From Eledone cirrhosa (taxonomy: Eukaryota), in contig OZ024743.1 of assembly GCA_964016885.1 (NCBI GenBank), positions 279,868,001 to 279,932,000 on the forward strand: a stretch of 64,000 nucleotides of DNA. Direction: 5' to 3'. Below, one piece after another: positions 1 to 14,865 of this stretch. The notes beneath the pieces are model-generated. The model saw only the letters and a list, made by a program, of their open reading frames with translations. It was not told where the DNA came from and made no database searches. Numbering within the stretch: the stretch's first letter is position 1; each line of letters begins with the position of its first letter. Position numbers and translations under genes: made by a program.

Positions 1-285
1 ATGGAAGCATCGTGGGGGTATCGTTGGGGTAGGTAATGTTTCTGTTGGAAGTAGAAAAGCAAGTTACAAATACACTTATTTGATCATTCCTTATCGTGGA
101 AACGATAGTCGGAGAAAATAAGCAATAACTCTCAATACAAAAAAGGATTGGTAAGCATACAGAGTACAGATTTACACGTTTAATACGTTTAAATCTTGTC
201 TCATTAAGTGAATAATGAGACTAACGCGTCGATAGTGAAATTTTACCCTGTCGCCCTGTTTGACTACGAACAATATATATATATA

Positions 286-469
286 GTAATAATAATAATA
301 ATAATAATAGTAATAATGATAAATTTGAATACTAAAATCCAAAGAGGGCTCGATAAGGATAAATATATATCAAATATATAAGTACCGTAGAGCAAATATT
401 TATTAAAATTACAGATTAAAGTTTAAGCAAAGAATCGCTGCTTTCACCCTTAACTGTTAATCTGTTATT

Positions 470-475
<6 letters not shown>
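286..475 (-). mobile_element. Family B TA-targeted HHR element, truncated copy with short inverted end
   Basis: Near-identical to 1756-1900; starts at (TA)n|GTAATAATAAT and ends with inverted TTAATCTGTTATTTAAATA|(TA)n. Confidence 0.75.
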
Positions 476-546
<71 letters not shown>

Positions 547-549
<3 letters not shown>

Positions 550-735
550 GAGTTAGAAACTCAAAGTAGTCTCTTACAATTAAATAGCTCTAAGAAAAAA
601 ACTTTGCCGAGCCGTGTAATATAATTGAATAAACAAGAGAGATGAACACTAATATAAACATACGTGTCCGAATACGATTCGGACACATGTATGTTTATAT
701 AAGTGTTCATCTCTCTTGTTTATTAATATTATATA
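547..735 (-). mobile_element. Family A retrozyme-like element, short fold-back copy
   Basis: Matches 15047-15180; ~45-bp hairpin arms (~628-673 / 677-724); flanked by (TA)n. Confidence 0.75.
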
Positions 736-938
736 TATATATTAGAAAGTGAGGTTTTTTTACAAAATGAAAAAAAAACGAAGTGTCCTACACGAGTGAA
801 AGTATAAGGAAAAAAGATGAAATCGAAAATGCAACTGGAGTCTTTTTTTGTTTTAAATATATTTATTTGGTTCCTTTACCGGTTTCGCAGTTCTTGTACT
901 TTTCAAAAGTAGAATTGAGATGGAGGGTTTGCGGTTTT

Positions 939-1021
<83 letters not shown>

Positions 1022-1375
1022 TATTTAAATATATATATATATATATGAATGTATATATAGTGTATTTTGCTGAAAATTTAAAGTAAGTGAGACTGTCACT
1101 ACTCTAAAACAATAGCATAAGATCTTCGAAATGCTTTTAATTAAGCATACAGTGTATTCGGAGCGCCAATTCTAAAATATATATATATATATATACAGTC
1201 GATCGACTTTCGCCAAATCGGACCAAGGAAACAATGTTTCCATTGGTCTTTCCAATTGCTAATACTCTCTATTGGTCGCAACTCGAGGTAGAAGGAGCAA
1301 CGTGAAAAAAAGTATCTTGCTGAAGGCATTGCCCGAATTCAATTCTCTCACCACTCAGCCACACGCCTTCACTGA

Positions 1376-1699
1376 TCTTGGTTGTCCATCGTAAACGATG
1401 ATGACATCTTCTTTATTTTAGTTCATGTCTGCCATGGGCACGAATTGGCTGTGGAGGCCGATCCTTGACTTGCAGATCCGGGGACAGTAGGGGCAGGGGA
1501 AGAGACCGGAGTCGCTTGGGGCAGCAGTTGGAGCCTTTCTCATCCTTTCAGAGGCCTCAGTGACATCTGCCCGTCTCTTTCTTCAAAAGAGTATTTGGTG
1601 CGTCTGGTAAGGGCTCGCCACTCAGCCCTGTCCTGAGCATGGGACTCGAGGTGATTTGGCGCGATACCAGTGTTGCTGATACTGAACTTCACGCCTTCC

Positions 1700-1703
<4 letters not shown>
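1376..1703 (-). mobile_element. RTE-clade LINE 3' fragment (degenerate)
   Basis: Minus-strand translation LESHAQDRAEWRAL... and FPCPYCPRICKSRIGLHSQ (C-terminal C2H2-like motif of RTE ORFs); 5' end abuts (TA)n. Confidence 0.7.
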
Positions 1704-1755
<52 letters not shown>

Positions 1756-1758
<3 letters not shown>

Positions 1759-2465
1759 ATAATAATAAAATTGAAGACTAAAATCCAAAGAGGGCTCGAT
1801 AAGGAAAATATATATCAAATATATAAGAACCGTAGAGCAAATATTTATTAAAATAACAGATTAAAGTTTAAGCAAAGAATCGCTGCTTTCACCCTTAACG
1901 GGATCTTCTGAAACTAACAAAGTCAATCTGTAAACGCAGAACTGGATATTTCAAAAAACGTTGCAACCGGAGGAAGACAGGAAGACGATACTTTGGTTCG
2001 TGGTAACGTTCGCTGGCAAAGAACGGGAAAAAACGAATAATACGTCATTAATAGGAGCGGTGAAAAACAATTACGCGCAAAGACAAAACCACGTTTATGG
2101 TATATTGTTCTCCACGCTCCACATATGACTTATTATCTTCGTTTTTTCGTTCATTGCCAGAGAACGTCTCTATGCACCACCTAAGAGAACATTAGTCTAC
2201 GACCTCTTTTATACCATAAACGTGGTTTTGTCTTTGCGCGTAATTGTTTTTCACCGCTCCTATTAATGACGTATTATTCGTTTTTTCCCGTTCTTTGCCA
2301 GCGAACGTTACCACGAACCAAAGTATCGTCTTCCTGTCTTCCTCCGGTTGCAACGTTTTTTGAAATATCCACTTCTGCGTTTACAGATTGACTTTGTTAG
2401 TTTCAGAAGATCCCGTTAAGGGTGAAAGCAGCGATTCTTTGCTTAAACTTTAATCTGTTATTTTA

Positions 2466-2473
<8 letters not shown>
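1756..2473. mobile_element. Family B HHR element with 264-bp inverted repeat
   Basis: Arms 1841-2104 and 2210-2473 are near-perfect reverse complements; (TA)n on both sides. Confidence 0.85.
2383..2458 (+). ncRNA. Type I hammerhead ribozyme, variant core (family B); mirror copy at 1856-1931 (-)
   Basis: Stem I AGTTT/AAACT plus bulged extension ACAGATTGA/TTAATCTGT; CAGAAGA; stem II CCC/GGG; GAAA; stem III AGCA/TGCT; cleavage triplet CUU. Confidence 0.65.
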
Positions 2474-2550
<77 letters not shown>

Positions 2551-2721
2551 TACACACACACATTTAGATACATAGATACATATGCACGTATACACACACC
2601 TGTATATATATATTCCCTCATATATATATATATGGGTGGGGTATGTATAAATTTGGTGACACGTATTTCTATGATTCAGTGCGATTTTCTTACTCCCTAT
2701 CTAATTATTTTCTACTCCCCG

Positions 2722-2819
<98 letters not shown>

Positions 2820-2864
2820 GTGACGAAACATAAGTCAATTGTATGAACTCATAATCCTTTATAT

Positions 2865-2920
2865 ACCGCTATATATATTTCGATGATAGCCATTGTATGG
2901 CTATGACCTCATCAGGCAGT
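2865..2920 (-). ncRNA. Minimal type I hammerhead ribozyme (PLE-type)
   Basis: Reverse complement: ACTGC-CTGATGA-GGTCATAGCCA tacaa TGGCTATCATC-GAAA-TATATA-TA-GCGGT; intact core, palindromic stem III, stem I pairs. Confidence 0.8.
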
Positions 2921-3081
2921 CAGTAAGTTCTTAGATATGCCAGCTCTGGGCTTTTGTGTTGATCGTTTTAGAGCCTTGGGACATATGTTTCGTCACTATT
3001 ATAACTCCGGAATTTATATCTTTATTGAGTTCTCCCTATCCGCATACTGAAGTACTGGATGTTAGCAACATTTTTTGGTTA

Positions 3082-3146
<65 letters not shown>

Positions 3147-3551
3147 GTTTGTATTTGTAAAGCCAAGACAATGCAGGTATTGACATAGAATAAAGAATGC
3201 AAATGCAAAAGATATTATTGACAATTAGTCTTTTACCTTAGATTTATTTAAATGTCTTTAATTTTCGAGATAATATCTCTTCTTCGGAGGGAAGTAAAGC
3301 GGTTAAACCAGTGTTCTAAATAGCTTGCCAAGTCATGCTGACAGGAAATGGTATAGGTTATCTGTTCTATCTCTAATGTCAAAGAGTTAAGGTTAGGTGG
3401 ATAAAGAGTAGTCTCCCTTTAAAAGTTTTTTATGTACATGCCTGTTTAAGTGCGTGGGAGAATGCGTGAATGTGTAAGGGGAGCTTCCAAAAGTAATGGT
3501 TGCATTTTTTAAGGGTATGTCAATATTTATTTATAAAACTGATCTATAATA

Positions 3552-3616
3552 TATTTTGTCTGATGAAAGCACACCATAATTTAACTTGGTGTCCTTGAAA
3601 TATGCATAATGAAATA
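3552..3616 (+). ncRNA. Minimal type I hammerhead ribozyme (PLE-type, family J)
   Basis: TATTTTGT-CTGATGA-AAGCACACCA...TGGTGTCCTT-GAAA-TATGCA-TA-ATGAAATA; stem I pairs with two G:U. Confidence 0.8.
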
Positions 3617-3656
3617 AATATGGTTTTATAAATATAGTTTCCATTTGTTAATATCG

Positions 3657-3710
<54 letters not shown>

Positions 3711-3714
<4 letters not shown>

Positions 3715-4346
3715 TAAACGGAATAGAAAATGCTGACAAATTGTTCACAGTGAAAAATAGTTTAATTAGGAATAAATGAGAATTAGTAATTGTATTGGTT
3801 AGTATTCAGTTTTGGTTTTAAGTTTTACCGGTTGCGCATTTCTAAATGCTTTTCAAAAATAATTTTGAGATAGAGCGTCCGTGATGTTTGCTCTGATTAG
3901 TTTTGGGAATTCTACCTATTTTTATGTTAAAAAAGTGGCTCCAACGCTATTAAAATTGGTAAAGAATGTAAGCACACATAGCTAGGTAGGTAACTAATTA
4001 AAGTTTAACTAGAATTTCAAATATAGATACCTTTTAAAATGATTAATCTCCTTTGTATATATTTCTTTAAGTAAGAAATATATTTCACCAATTAATCAGT
4101 AAATCACAGTAGTCAAATCCTGGATGGTCACCAAAGGAGAAGAAAATAACTATCTACGTTTACAAAGCAAATGCAAATCTGAGACTGACTCGAACCACGT
4201 GTTGCATTTTTAAAAACACATATAGTTATTTTCTTCTCCTTTGGTGACCATCCAGGATTTGACTACTGTGATTACTGATTAATTGGTGAAATATATTTCT
4301 TACTTAAAGAAATATATACAAAGGAGATTAATCATTTTAAAAGGTA

Positions 4347-4353
<7 letters not shown>
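3711..4353. mobile_element. Family C TA-flanked fold-back element with degenerate HHR
   Basis: Inverted arms 4021-4153 / 4222-4353; HHR-like fold at 4236-4326 lacking the CUGA box. Confidence 0.65.
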
Positions 4354-4392
<39 letters not shown>

Positions 4393-4395
<3 letters not shown>

Positions 4396-4425
4396 ATAAT
4401 AATAAATTTGAAGACTAATCTGTTA

Positions 4426-4432
<7 letters not shown>
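4393..4432. mobile_element. Family B micro-copy made of both termini only
   Basis: GTAATAATAATAAATTTGAAGACT joined to inverted AATCTGTTATTTAATA, inside (TA)n. Confidence 0.65.
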
Positions 4433-4482
<50 letters not shown>

Positions 4483-5146
4483 GTAAATTGTGTACACTCA
4501 TCTTTCTAAACACGGAACAGTCTCGTCAAATAGACAATTATTATTGCCCACATAACCATACACCTCACCACTTACCCGTCAACTCTTTAATTCAAATTTT
4601 CATCTAATATATATATACTTTATTTACGTTCGAAATTCATGTCTGATGAAAACATATTGAGTAATTGTTTAATAACGACCTTTCTGTACCTTCGATATAT
4701 GAATAACGGTATGGCCTAATGGAATAAAATGATGTTGAATATATAATACCGTCTCTATATATTTATATATGCGCGCGTGTGTATATCTGATACGTATGTA
4801 TATATAATTATACAGATACATTTACATATCAACATGCATAACTTGACATACGCAAATACCTACACACGACTAATTACAGAAATATTTCCATAAATAGCAA
4901 AACATCTATCTAGCCAGCATAACACACTTTTTCACCACTACGCAGACAGACATACCATAATTCTCCATCGCATGCACACACACGCATGCATACACACATA
5001 CACATACATACACAGTGTCACAAAATAGTGCTTACAAACACTCACACAAATACAACACTTAAAACATATACAATGCCGCTTACAAACAAACGCACTCACA
5101 CATACACACATACAATAGTGCTTACAAACACACACGCACACATACA

Positions 5147-5227
<81 letters not shown>

Positions 5228-5519
5228 ATGAACAAATTATAAATAAACACATATACATGCTTCACACTCACGCGAGTTCTTTCTTTCCCCTTGGGTTCGA
5301 AGAAATATGATTTATAGTTTGTTATAGGGTCAAAGTTATTGGTGAATGAAAAGGGTTTAGTTCGGCGAAATGTTGTATTGTGAAGCTGGCAATGTACGTT
5401 TTAATTTCCTCGGTAGGTTTGACGAACGGAAGTCCTAATCTTTGCCATCGAAAATGAGATGATCTTGGCTGGGTATATAGGGTGGTAAGTGGGGGAGATA
5501 CTGAGAGAGTGGGGATTAG

Positions 5520-5657
<138 letters not shown>

Positions 5658-5721
5658 CTATGGAAAGAGAACAATCAAGAAAGAAAAGAGAGGAAGTTAA
5701 ATAAAGGGGAGGTTAGCCGAG

Positions 5722-5752
<31 letters not shown>

Positions 5753-6519
5753 ACGGTAGTATGAAAGGAGATGATCTTTGGTAGGGAGGAAGATTGGTAG
5801 TGTAGGATGAAGACACAAAAAGATAGAATATAGCTAGAGAGAGAGAGGGGGAGAGAGAGGGGGAGAGAGAGAGTTGTGGAGAAGGTGAAATGGATGAAGA
5901 GAAGGGCTTATCTAGAAAAATGAACTTGATTGAAAGAGTTAACGGTAGCATTAATAGAGAAGGGGAAGAACTTATAGGGAGAGGGGGATAAAAGAAGAGA
6001 AGTTGGATAACGGAGTGGCAAGTGGGTGAAAGAATGAAATTAGATGATTTGGAATTGGTAGGTAGGTAAGTAGGGTAGGTAGGTAGGATTGTTAGTGAAG
6101 GGGGAACACACTGTAATAGAGAGAGAATAGGGAGAGAAAGAGAGGAAGAGTGGGAGAAGGGCGTTAACGAGAGAAGGCGGTGGTCATGTGTTGGGAAGCT
6201 CCATAGAGAGAGATAAATGCACTAAAAAAGACAAAGTATGGAGAATAAAGATAGAGAAGACAGAAAACGAGAGATAGAGTGAGAGAGTAAGGAGAGAATG
6301 CAAGAGAGAATAAGAAGAGAAAAGACAAGGAAGAGTAACGAAAGAGAAGGCAAGGGAGAGTAAGGGTACAGAGGAGGAGGTAGAGTAAGGAGAGAGATGG
6401 GGAGAGCGGAAGAGGAAATAGATAGAAGAGGAGACTGTGACACAGAAAAAAATAGTATAAAAAATGTTGTGTAATCGTTAGAAAGGGACATAATGAGAAA
6501 TATGTGAATGAATGTACGT

Positions 6520-6720
6520 GTGAGTAAATGTGTGTGAGTGTGTGTGTTAAGTTGTGAGTAAATGTATGTGTGTGTATGTGTGTTAAGTTGTGAGTAAATG
6601 TATGTGTGTAAGTGTGTTAAGTTGTGTATGTGTGTAAATGTGTTAAGTTGTGAGTAGATGTGTGTGTGTGTGTGTGTTAAGTTGTGAGTAAATGTGTGTG
6701 TGTAAGTGTGTTAAGTGGTG
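6520..6720. repeat. Degenerate TG-rich minisatellite (GTTAAGTTGTGAGTAAATGTGTG... units)
   Basis: About six imperfect units. Confidence 0.75.
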
Positions 6721-7671
6721 AGTATCAGTGTAAATATGCAAGTGAATGTGTGCGTATGTGTATGTCTGTGTGTGAATGTGTGTATATGTACGTTACATCA
6801 TGTGTGTATGTGTGTGTGTGTGTGAGTGTGTGTGGTTGAAGGTGCGTAAATGATGGGAGAATGAGTGTTTGAGTGAGTGTGTGTAAGTAAATGAATGTGG
6901 ATGTGTTATTTCGTGTTAAATTGTGTGTACGTGAATGATTGCATGTGTGTGTTTATGCGATTGAAGGTATGCGTTTGTTTCATAAACAAAAATATTGCAG
7001 AAACATTCTTGGAAGTCAGTACATATTCTACTTGTAGTTGTTGTTGGTGGTGGTGTTGATATAGTTGTTGTTGTTGGTAGTGGTGGTATAGTTGTTGATG
7101 TTAGTGGTGTTGGCGTAGTTGTGGTGGTTAATTAGCTCCATGTCAATACTGATCCAGAAGATCTATTATGAAAGGCATTCCAACCACGACCGTCCTACCA
7201 TTTTGACATACCTTAACCTATATCATCCAATGTCTGTCCTATCCTCTTTGAAGATATGAGGATGTGATTCGAGGGAGACGTAGCTGTTATTACTAGCATT
7301 GTTAACCCATGGGTAGGTGTTCCATCTCGTTGACTCGCTCATTCTTTCACTCGACGTATTCAAGTCATTTATGTAGGTGACCATCTTTCGTCATCTTATA
7401 CCCACGTGATGTAGATGAATACAGTGCTGTAACTAAATGAAAAGCCATGTCAGTGTACAGTGCTTCGAGCGATTACAAGAATTGAGCGGAATTCTCCACA
7501 CGATGGCGTATATTTCAAGATGCAGTTGGGGGTGGAGACAGGTTGTACAAACTCGAATGTCCTGCCGACTGTCACGGCTGGACCTCCACCTCCTGCTTTG
7601 ACATCCTATTGATTCCTCTAGTAGTGATTGCTTCTCGTTCTCTCTTTTATTTTTCTCAACTCTACCCATCT

Positions 7672-7746
<75 letters not shown>

Positions 7747-8756
7747 CTCTCTAATTGTCCCTTGTCACTATTTTATTCTACTCATGCTTTCTCTCTTTCT
7801 CACTCTCTCTCAAACAATTATCTCTTATTAAATTACTGTTTCTCCTGTTTCTCTCTGTCTCTCCTCTTCTGGTGCTCTCTTTTTCTCTCTCCTTTCTTTC
7901 ACCTTACTTTCAGGTCCTCTTTTACTATACTCTGTTATCAATATGTTCTAACGTTTTCCCTGTCTCTTCTTGCTTTCTCTTTCTCTCTTGCGCTTACTCC
8001 TACTATCTATCTGTCTTTCTAACACACCCTTCCTTATAAAATCTCTAATATAAGACAGAGTATATAAAGTGAAAGGTTCCCTCATTCTCATATAGCCAAT
8101 CAAATAATGGCATATCTGGATTTCCGAATCTATTGGCTATTCCTTCCCACATGTATCGTGGATATACTCAATATCTATCCAATAATAACAACAATAACAA
8201 CAACAACAACAGCAACAACGACGACGACGTGAATGTCGACGGCAGTTATAACTTTCTTCTATTAATGTGTGTTTTATGACTCAATCTTCTTTGATCAGAG
8301 TGTAAAATATTGAATTGTTTATGATATAACATATTTGTTTACGCTTGATACTACGAAAAGATCTTTGATGTTTAGTAAAGTCTTCAATCTATCAATTAAA
8401 ATTACCTTTTAATTATTCTTTAATCACATATTCACTTTATGAGTTAATATCAACGCCGGTTATTATCTTTATGAGTGGGGGAACATCTAGCAATGTAAAT
8501 ACTCATAATTATCTTCATTCACATTTTCTGTTGCAGGTGATGTAGAGCAAGAAATATAGCATCGATCGACAGCAGCGGAAACTCCGAAATAATTTTTAGA
8601 TCCTGGTTGATTTTCCATCACGTACAACAGTGAATGGTATTTGAAAAACTATCATCGTCACAATAGAATATTCACAGTCCATTTATGGAAGCCGTTGTTT
8701 TTAAAGTAATATGGGCACTACCATATGTGTTGTAGTAAGCCAAGAACTTTTTTATG

Positions 8757-9012
8757 TAACCCTTTCATCACCATATGAAAGGCATTGCCTATGTTTCAGA
8801 TAATTTTCAAAATAATCTACAATTTAGAACGATTTAATAAAACAACCAAATAGTTTCATTATTAAGCTGGTATTTTTGAACATAACGAAAACAAATCTTC
8901 TTACACAAAATTATGAGGTAAGACGATTAGACAAAGAAAACACTTAAAAGCAAAGAGCTTTATATCACAAAATCAGGTGCGGTTTCATGCGATGCGGTAT
9001 TAAAAGAGTTAA
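8757..9012. mobile_element. Possible piggyBac-type MITE
   Basis: TAACCCTTTCATCACC ... GGTATTAAAAGAGTTAA imperfect TIRs with TTAA-like ends. Confidence 0.35.
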
Positions 9013-9196
9013 GTAAAACAACACCCTATGTTTTGAGGACAAATCAATATTTAGATGACTAGGTCTTGTAAATAAAGGCAGGACAGACAAACTAGAATGG
9101 GAAAAGCTATAACATATAGATTGCGGTATATTTTCCAGCATTTTTGTTCAGTGTTCATATCCGATAATCTTCCTATCAACGGTATCGAGTTTGCTT

Positions 9197-11100
<1,904 letters not shown>

Positions 11101-11115
11101 TATATATATGTACGC

Positions 11116-11565
11116 ATATGTTGGTAGATATACTAATTCTCTGTATTTATCTCCAAATTATTTATTTGTTGAGCAAACCTGCCAAATCCGCTACTAATTC
11201 ATTGGTGTGGTAGTATGCTTCTGTCATCTTACCAACCCACTCCTTCCGACTAGCCTCAGTGTCACGTGATTGATTCTTTAGAATCTGCCATTTGACCAGA
11301 AGCAGCGAACTTTTTCAGTGCATGGAATCCAGTCCCCGCTAGCTGTTCCTTCCACCGAATTATTATTATTTTTATATGAGTCCCTAGTGTCCGCGCATTG
11401 CCTGGAGACTTAGCTGAGAATAGACTTCCTGATGACGTAAGGAATTCTCGATGGTTATATTACGTAACTATCTCTATCCCATTACAGAAACTAATTAGTT
11501 GGAGTAAAAATTTTAGTAAGTAAGTTAATTTTTAATTTTTTTTTTAATTTGTCTTATTTTACGTC

Positions 11566-11570
<5 letters not shown>
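11116..11570 (+). mobile_element. Family E HHR element, diverged partial monomer
   Basis: Homologous to the reverse complement of 20640-21080; CTGATGA at ~11429; ends ACGTCTTTCA|(TA)n. Confidence 0.75.
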
Positions 11571-11643
<73 letters not shown>

Positions 11644-11769
11644 GGGTGTATTTATATAGATATTAGACCTTTTAACTAAAATAACGTATTCGTACTGATA
11701 ATATTAGAAGTCGTTAGGAGATTATGATATCCTAAGGCGGGGAGTATACGATGAAGATATTTAATAATG

Positions 11770-12060
11770 GAAGAACGGACTGTTATGTGTGCGATGGTAG
11801 CACCTATTGTTGATTTCTATTGCCGCTATTACGCAAATATGTTTTTGTAGGAATTGGCTGATATTAATAGTTATTAATGCTGGATTTAAGGCTTGGAGAA
11901 AAAGGTATGATTATGTTATCGTAAGGGAAAGCTGGGATCAATAGTGTAGATAATGTAAAAGATGTGACAAGGATGATCATGAGCAATTTCTTCTGTTGAT
12001 AAAGGTGTTGCTCTGGGGTGACGCTCTGTGAGTGACATTCTGTTGTGTAGGCAGTACAAG
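11770..12060 (+). pseudogene. Highly decayed Penelope-like RT fragment
   Basis: Broken-frame residues resembling G-T-V-M-C-A-M-V-A-P...YANMFL*EL and AWRKRYDYVIV (cf. GTAMG..APxYANxFM and WxRYxDD). Confidence 0.4.
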
Positions 12061-12289
12061 TAATTTGAAATACCAGGTTTGTCACACATTGTGTCTTGTT
12101 TCTCTTTGAGGATTACATTATGGAGATATGTGTCTCTGGAATGTTCAACCACTTACCCATTAATTTCCCAAGTAGACTGTTCCGCCGATAGAACAACCGG
12201 AACATTCATCTTTGAAGCAGACAACAGTCCAATCCATTTCTTTGTTGTTGATGGATTTAGAATGCATGATATTTCACTAACTAAAGACT

Positions 12290-13150
12290 AGTTTTAAATT
12301 TCGCAGGAATCTATATCTTCAGTGGATCTATATTTTAGCCATTGTAATGGAAGTCAAGAAGAAAGATTAACAGGAAGGAAGCAAGGAAAAGGTTTTAGCA
12401 TTTGTAAATTGATTAACGAGAAAGTAATAACACTATAAATATAGGGAATGAAAGATGCGGTTTACAATTTCATATCGTTTAAAGGCTTGATCGGATCAGA
12501 GCTAAAACGCCTAATCGTATAAATCTGGACGAATATTATAGCAAGGTAATTGTTACTATTGGTTAAGTGATATTTAAGTCATGGCTTGAGGGATTTGGAA
12601 AGGAATTCTGTGGAATTTAAATTTATTTGAATCGAGAAGGATTTTGCAGAAATAACGAAAGGTGAACCATATTTTGTAGATGGGGTGATGCTCACAGAAT
12701 TATCTTAAAACATTGAGCATATTTACAGGAATTGGCACGGATAGATATAGCAAGCATCTAACTTTTAATACGGTATTTTGAAAGAGGACATGTCATAGCG
12801 GCGTTTTTGTCTTTTAAATAATTCCATTGCTCTAAGTTAGTATGTCCAAAAAGTATGGTTGTTGTAATCATTCTTGTTACTGTTATTGGGTAGTACATAT
12901 TAGTCTTGATTTTTTTTTTACATATGATGAAAGGCTTTCCAGGTTTAACCATTCCCTCATTTGTTCAGGAACACATAATCGAATACTAATCTTCTGCGCA
13001 TAGCGTTAGGATGTACTATTAAAGCTATTGCTATTATTGCCGTTGTTGTGGGTGTGGTTTCAGAGGAATATGGCTTTTATTTCTTGCAAGTCAAGTCAGC
13101 ATGTAGATAAGGATGCTCTTGCATTAACTTATAATATTGATACCATCCAC
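12290..13150 (-). pseudogene. Decayed Penelope-like element 3' half
   Basis: Minus strand YKLMQEHPYLH (cf. YxKPT..xQYLH), Cys-linker-like stretch near 12620-12680, terminal CTGAAGA...GAAA motif at ~12298-12321. Confidence 0.4.
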
Positions 13151-14641
13151 GAGCAGCGATTGATTATATCATTGTTGTCTCAATGACATGAAATATCCAA
13201 TTAAATAGAAAGAAAAGATATTAACGGATAAATAGCTATCTATCTATTCATTGAAACGCTGGGTTATATTGTAGCAATGTTATCGTTAATATTGATTTAT
13301 TACTTAAGATCAAAATAACAAAACGGATATGTGAGGTTCATTTGTTTTCCAAATGAATGCATCATGTAAGTATGTAAATTAGGCTAAAATACAACAAATA
13401 ATAAACTTCTACTTCAGTTTGGGCTCGAAACAGACACGCGAACTGGATTCGGCAGTGCCACTACAATTTTAATAATATATACACGTAAAGAGAAAAGGAA
13501 AACAGTTGCGCATTCGCTTCGCTGAGTTCTTTGGTAAAATCAGATTTTAAAAACCTATTTATAGCGGTCGCTTCTGAAATGCCGTCATACAACCATTTAT
13601 TTCTGTCAAGCAAACTGAAATTAACGCCATAAATAGTTGCTTTGATAATTCCCTCTAATGTCAAAGAAGCCCAGAAACTTATAATAACGGATTCCCAAAT
13701 GTTATATATGGGAGTCTTCTGTTTATTGCTGATGCTTCGATTGTTCAAAGAAAGCGGCATTGTCTTATGATGGAGAAAACAAGGAAAATCGGCCCACATC
13801 AAACAGATAACCTTTGTTCGGATTTTTCTCCTCAAACTATCACTACTATCACTACCATTACTGCTCTCAGAACCATAATGGAATCTTAACAAGCAAATGT
13901 AAAGTTCTTTAGAAAGGGACTCGGAAAATTTATTATTGATTATAATGAAAGCTATTGATCAGTGCCAAGTGGTTTACTATTCAGATGTAGGCTATTGATC
14001 GGTGCTATGCAAGGCTTTCTATTCAAGTGTAGAATATTGCTTACTTCTGAATAAGGCTATATATATTGAGGTTTAGTGCGCTATCATTCTCTATCCCTAT
14101 TCGGACCCAGCATGTCTCAGTGCATACTAAGTTCATTTCACAATGACTCGGTCCAGGATTCGATCCCAATGCGTGGCATCTTGTGCATGTATTATTTATC
14201 ATATCCTTGTAACTGAAATTGAGGAAAAGGAAAATATGAGGACGACCGTAGGATTGATTGAATCTCTACTTCTATGGCCCTAACCTTTTGACACACTGTG
14301 TCTCGGTGTTTATATCTGGGGATAGATTTAAGGGTATATGTGTTTGGGGAATACGTAGCCACTTCAGTTACACGCAAAATCTATGAGCATGTAGTTGAGG
14401 TAATCGAACAACTAAATACACTTCATCGAAACCTTCAGTAATGGATATAAAAGTGAGTTCGTTTTGCGTTTCTGGTAATGTTCTACACCGTGGGTGATGC
14501 ATTTATTTAAACCTTCGATTGAAATATATATTTCACCATATCTTGTTTCTCACTGTCCAATTATTAACAAAAGAAGTAAATCTAGATAATTGGGTAGTAA
14601 CAATCAGGGCGAAATTGCACTTTCAATTCCTTTATATATAT

Positions 14642-14822
14642 ATAGGAACAAGTATGACCCCGACGGCAGAGCTCAAGCCGTTTCGACGGCTGTTTATGGC
14701 GTCGAAACGGCTTGAGCTCTGCCGTCGGGGTCATACTTTTTCCTATTACCCACTCTACTACCCTAAGTATTGAGTACTTTGGTGCGTTATGGTCCATCTA
14801 GTTTCTTACCATAATTCCTTCG

Positions 14823-14826
<4 letters not shown>
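14642..14826 (+). mobile_element. Family F fold-back element with HHR 3' half
   Basis: 46-bp arms 14642-14687 / 14701-14746; GAAA-CGGC...GCCG-TC; TA at both ends; homologs at 24088-24215 and 58768-58930. Confidence 0.75.
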
Positions 14827-14863
<37 letters not shown>

Positions 14864-14865
14864 TA

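Noticed and set aside
13461-13892. 143-aa non-repetitive ORF
   Set aside because: No recognisable domain or splice context; probably a chance ORF in decayed TE sequence.
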